From Lentisphaeria bacterium (lineage in GTDB: Bacteria > Verrucomicrobiota > Lentisphaeria > JABSQK01 > JAWLHB01), in the NCBI GenBank assembly GCA_041690595.1, contig JAWLHB010000039.1, forward strand, positions 1 through 64,000: a stretch of 64,000 nt of DNA, given 5' to 3'. Under the pieces are notes generated by a model that searched no databases, was not told where the DNA came from, and saw only the letters and a program-made list of their open reading frames with translations. Position numbers and translations under genes: made by a program. Positions within the stretch are counted from its first letter, which is position 1; every line of letters starts with the position of its first letter. Of this stretch, positions 62,231 to 64,000 are shown one piece after another.

Positions 62231-64000
62231 ATGAAACGACTGATGAGCGGTTTTATCGCGGCATTGCTGGCGACCCTGCACTGCGGAGCGCAGGAAGCGC
62301 GATCGTATGTCCTGGTGCAGGATGGCGTGGCAAAGGCAAGTCTGGTCCTGGCGGCAACCCCGTCGAAAGCGGCACAGTTTGCCGCTGGTGAGATTCAGCA
62401 TCATGTGCGGCTGATCACGGGCGTGACGCTGCCGATCGTTCAGGATGGGGAGGCGATCGATGGTATTCAGATAGCCATTGGGGATACCAGTGCCGCCCGG
62501 AAAGCGGGAATCGTCGCATCGGAGCTGGGGCCGCAGGAGTACGTGGTGGCTGGCGTGGAGGGCGGCATTATCCTGGTTGGGCTGGACAGTGCGGAGCTGG
62601 TGGAGGTGGTTTATGATCCTGCGAACTGGGCGTTGGGCGCAAACTGGCCAGGATTGTGGGAAGCGCAGGCAACCCTCTATGCCGCCTATGATTTTCTCGA
62701 GAACCAGTGTGGCGTGCGGTGGCTGAATCAGACGGAGCTGGGGACCGTTTACGATGAACGCACGACGCTGTCGGTGGAGGTGGAGACGGGGCTGTTGCCG
62801 CGCCGTCCCTTCTTCGCGTACCGAGATACGCTGGGGGCCGTGGGAGACAATGTCTCGCAGTATGATCGCTACACACACCTGTGGAGCCCCCAGGATGAGG
62901 AGTTTCAGGCTTGGGATGCGCTGGCGTACGCGGGGACGCGGCAGCAGTATGCGGGCGGCGGCTTCGAGGCGGCGCGGGCGAAGCTCAGTCAGCTCTTTCT
63001 GCTGCGTCACCGGAGTGGGGGAAGTCCCGCCCGCTGCAATCATTCGCTCTATGGTTATTATGCGCGCTTCTGGGAAAAGCGGCCGGGACAGGAGGCGCTT
63101 TTCGAGGAACAGCGGCCGGAGTATTTCGCCAAGGGATATGAGGGGGAGCCGCCGCAGCTCTGCTACATGGATCCGGGACTGGTGAAACAGGTCGCGCAGG
63201 ATGCGCGCGACTATTACGATGGCAAGAGCACCGCTAAGGAGCAGGGGATCTTCTGGAATCCGACGCTGCCGAACCCCTTTCCGGTGGAGCCCATGGACAA
63301 CTCCTTCTACTGCAAGTGCGAGCGTTGCCAGGAGTACCTGAAGGTGCATGAGCAGGGGAGCAACGGCCTCTACACCAATGGTGTCTACAGCGACTACTTC
63401 TTTCAGTTCGTCAATGCCGTGGCGGAAGAGCTGGCGACGACGCATCCGGACAAGGTGATCCTGACGCTGGCTTACAGCAGTCACGGCTTGCCGCCGAGTT
63501 TTGAAATGGCGCGAAATGTCCAGATCGAGTACTGCGTTGCGGCAAACCGGTCGCCCTTCAGTACCGATTATGCGCACGAGCTGGAAGTGCTTCGGCAATG
63601 GGCCACGCTGACGCCTACTCAACCCCTTTATCTCTGGCTCTACTACACCTTTCCGCTGGAGCAGGCACGCAACGGCAAGTATCACTGTTTCCCCGGCTTC
63701 TTCGCGCATGCGATCGGTGAGCAGTTTCGTTTTTTTGCCGACCAGGGGGTAAATGGCATGTTCCACTGTGGGTGGGGGCAGGAGGTGGAAGCGTATGTCA
63801 CGCTGAAGTTGATGGTGGACCCGCGGCTCGATGTCGAGATGTTACTCGACGAGTACTTCAAGGGGCTCTATGGGGCGGCGGCGGCTCCGATGAAGCAGAT
63901 GTATCTGGCCATGGAGAAGACGTATGTCGACCCTGCCCTGCGCCTGGAGAAGGGGGCCAGCGGTCCTGGGCTGGCGTGGGGGCGTCTTGGAACGGCGGAG
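62231..64000 (+). CDS. Secreted DUF4838-like protein (runs off the window end; absent from the ORF track)
   Basis: AAGGAG RBS; MKRLMSGFIAALL signal; AAQFAAGEIQHHVRLITG.TLPI; TLYAAYDFLE..CGVRW; QLC; PMD..YCKCERC; HPDK.ILTLAY. Confidence 0.8.
   Translation, partial: MKRLMSGFIAALLATLHCGAQEARSYVLVQDGVAKASLVLAATPSKAAQFAAGEIQHHVRLITGVTLPIVQDGEAIDGIQIAIGDTSAARKAGIVASELGPQEYVVAGVEGGIILVGLDSAELVEVVYDPANWALGANWPGLWEAQATLYAAYDFLENQCGVRWLNQTELGTVYDERTTLSVEVETGLLPRRPFFAYRDTLGAVGDNVSQYDRYTHLWSPQDEEFQAWDALAYAGTRQQYAGGGFEAARAKLSQLFLLRHRSGGSPARCNHSLYGYYARFWEKRPGQEALFEEQRPEYFAKGYEGEPPQLCYMDPGLVKQVAQDARDYYDGKSTAKEQGIFWNPTLPNPFPVEPMDNSFYCKCERCQEYLKVHEQGSNGLYTNGVYSDYFFQFVNAVAEELATTHPDKVILTLAYSSHGLPPSFEMARNVQIEYCVAANRSPFSTDYAHELEVLRQWATLTPTQPLYLWLYYTFPLEQARNGKYHCFPGFFAHAIGEQFRFFADQGVNGMFHCGWGQEVEAYVTLKLMVDPRLDVEMLLDEYFKGLYGAAAAPMKQMYLAMEKTYVDPALRLEKGASGPGLAWGRLGTAE

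Overview
High-GC bacterial chromosomal window. A PVC-superphylum origin, probably Lentisphaerae-like, is inferred from the two prepilin-like H-X9-DG-type genes, the GntR/LacI-regulated glycan loci and a DUF4838-like gene. Housekeeping genes include typA, hemA with two CcsA-family genes, asd, aceE-aceF, tRNA-Glu(CTC), aroK, gap, pheT and fbaB. About 25 kb (24.3-49.5 kb) is an accessory carbohydrate-utilisation island. It holds two tightly packed minus-strand operons of mostly secreted, poorly characterised CAZyme-like proteins; each contains a sugar-sensing regulator with a candidate palindromic operator and ends in a prepilin-like gene. The most unusual non-coding structure flanks a 1152-aa heparinase II/III-like gene: an array of different 8-11-nt triple-tandem modules, REP-like hairpins, a directly repeated block on both sides, and three ~80-bp tandem repeats. 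Also present are the probable end of an IS interrupting an amidohydrolase at the left edge, a nucleotidyltransferase/small-ORF remnant and an orphan Tdi1-like immunity gene. No CRISPR array, rRNA or prophage was seen. All product calls come from motif recognition by eye, not database searches.
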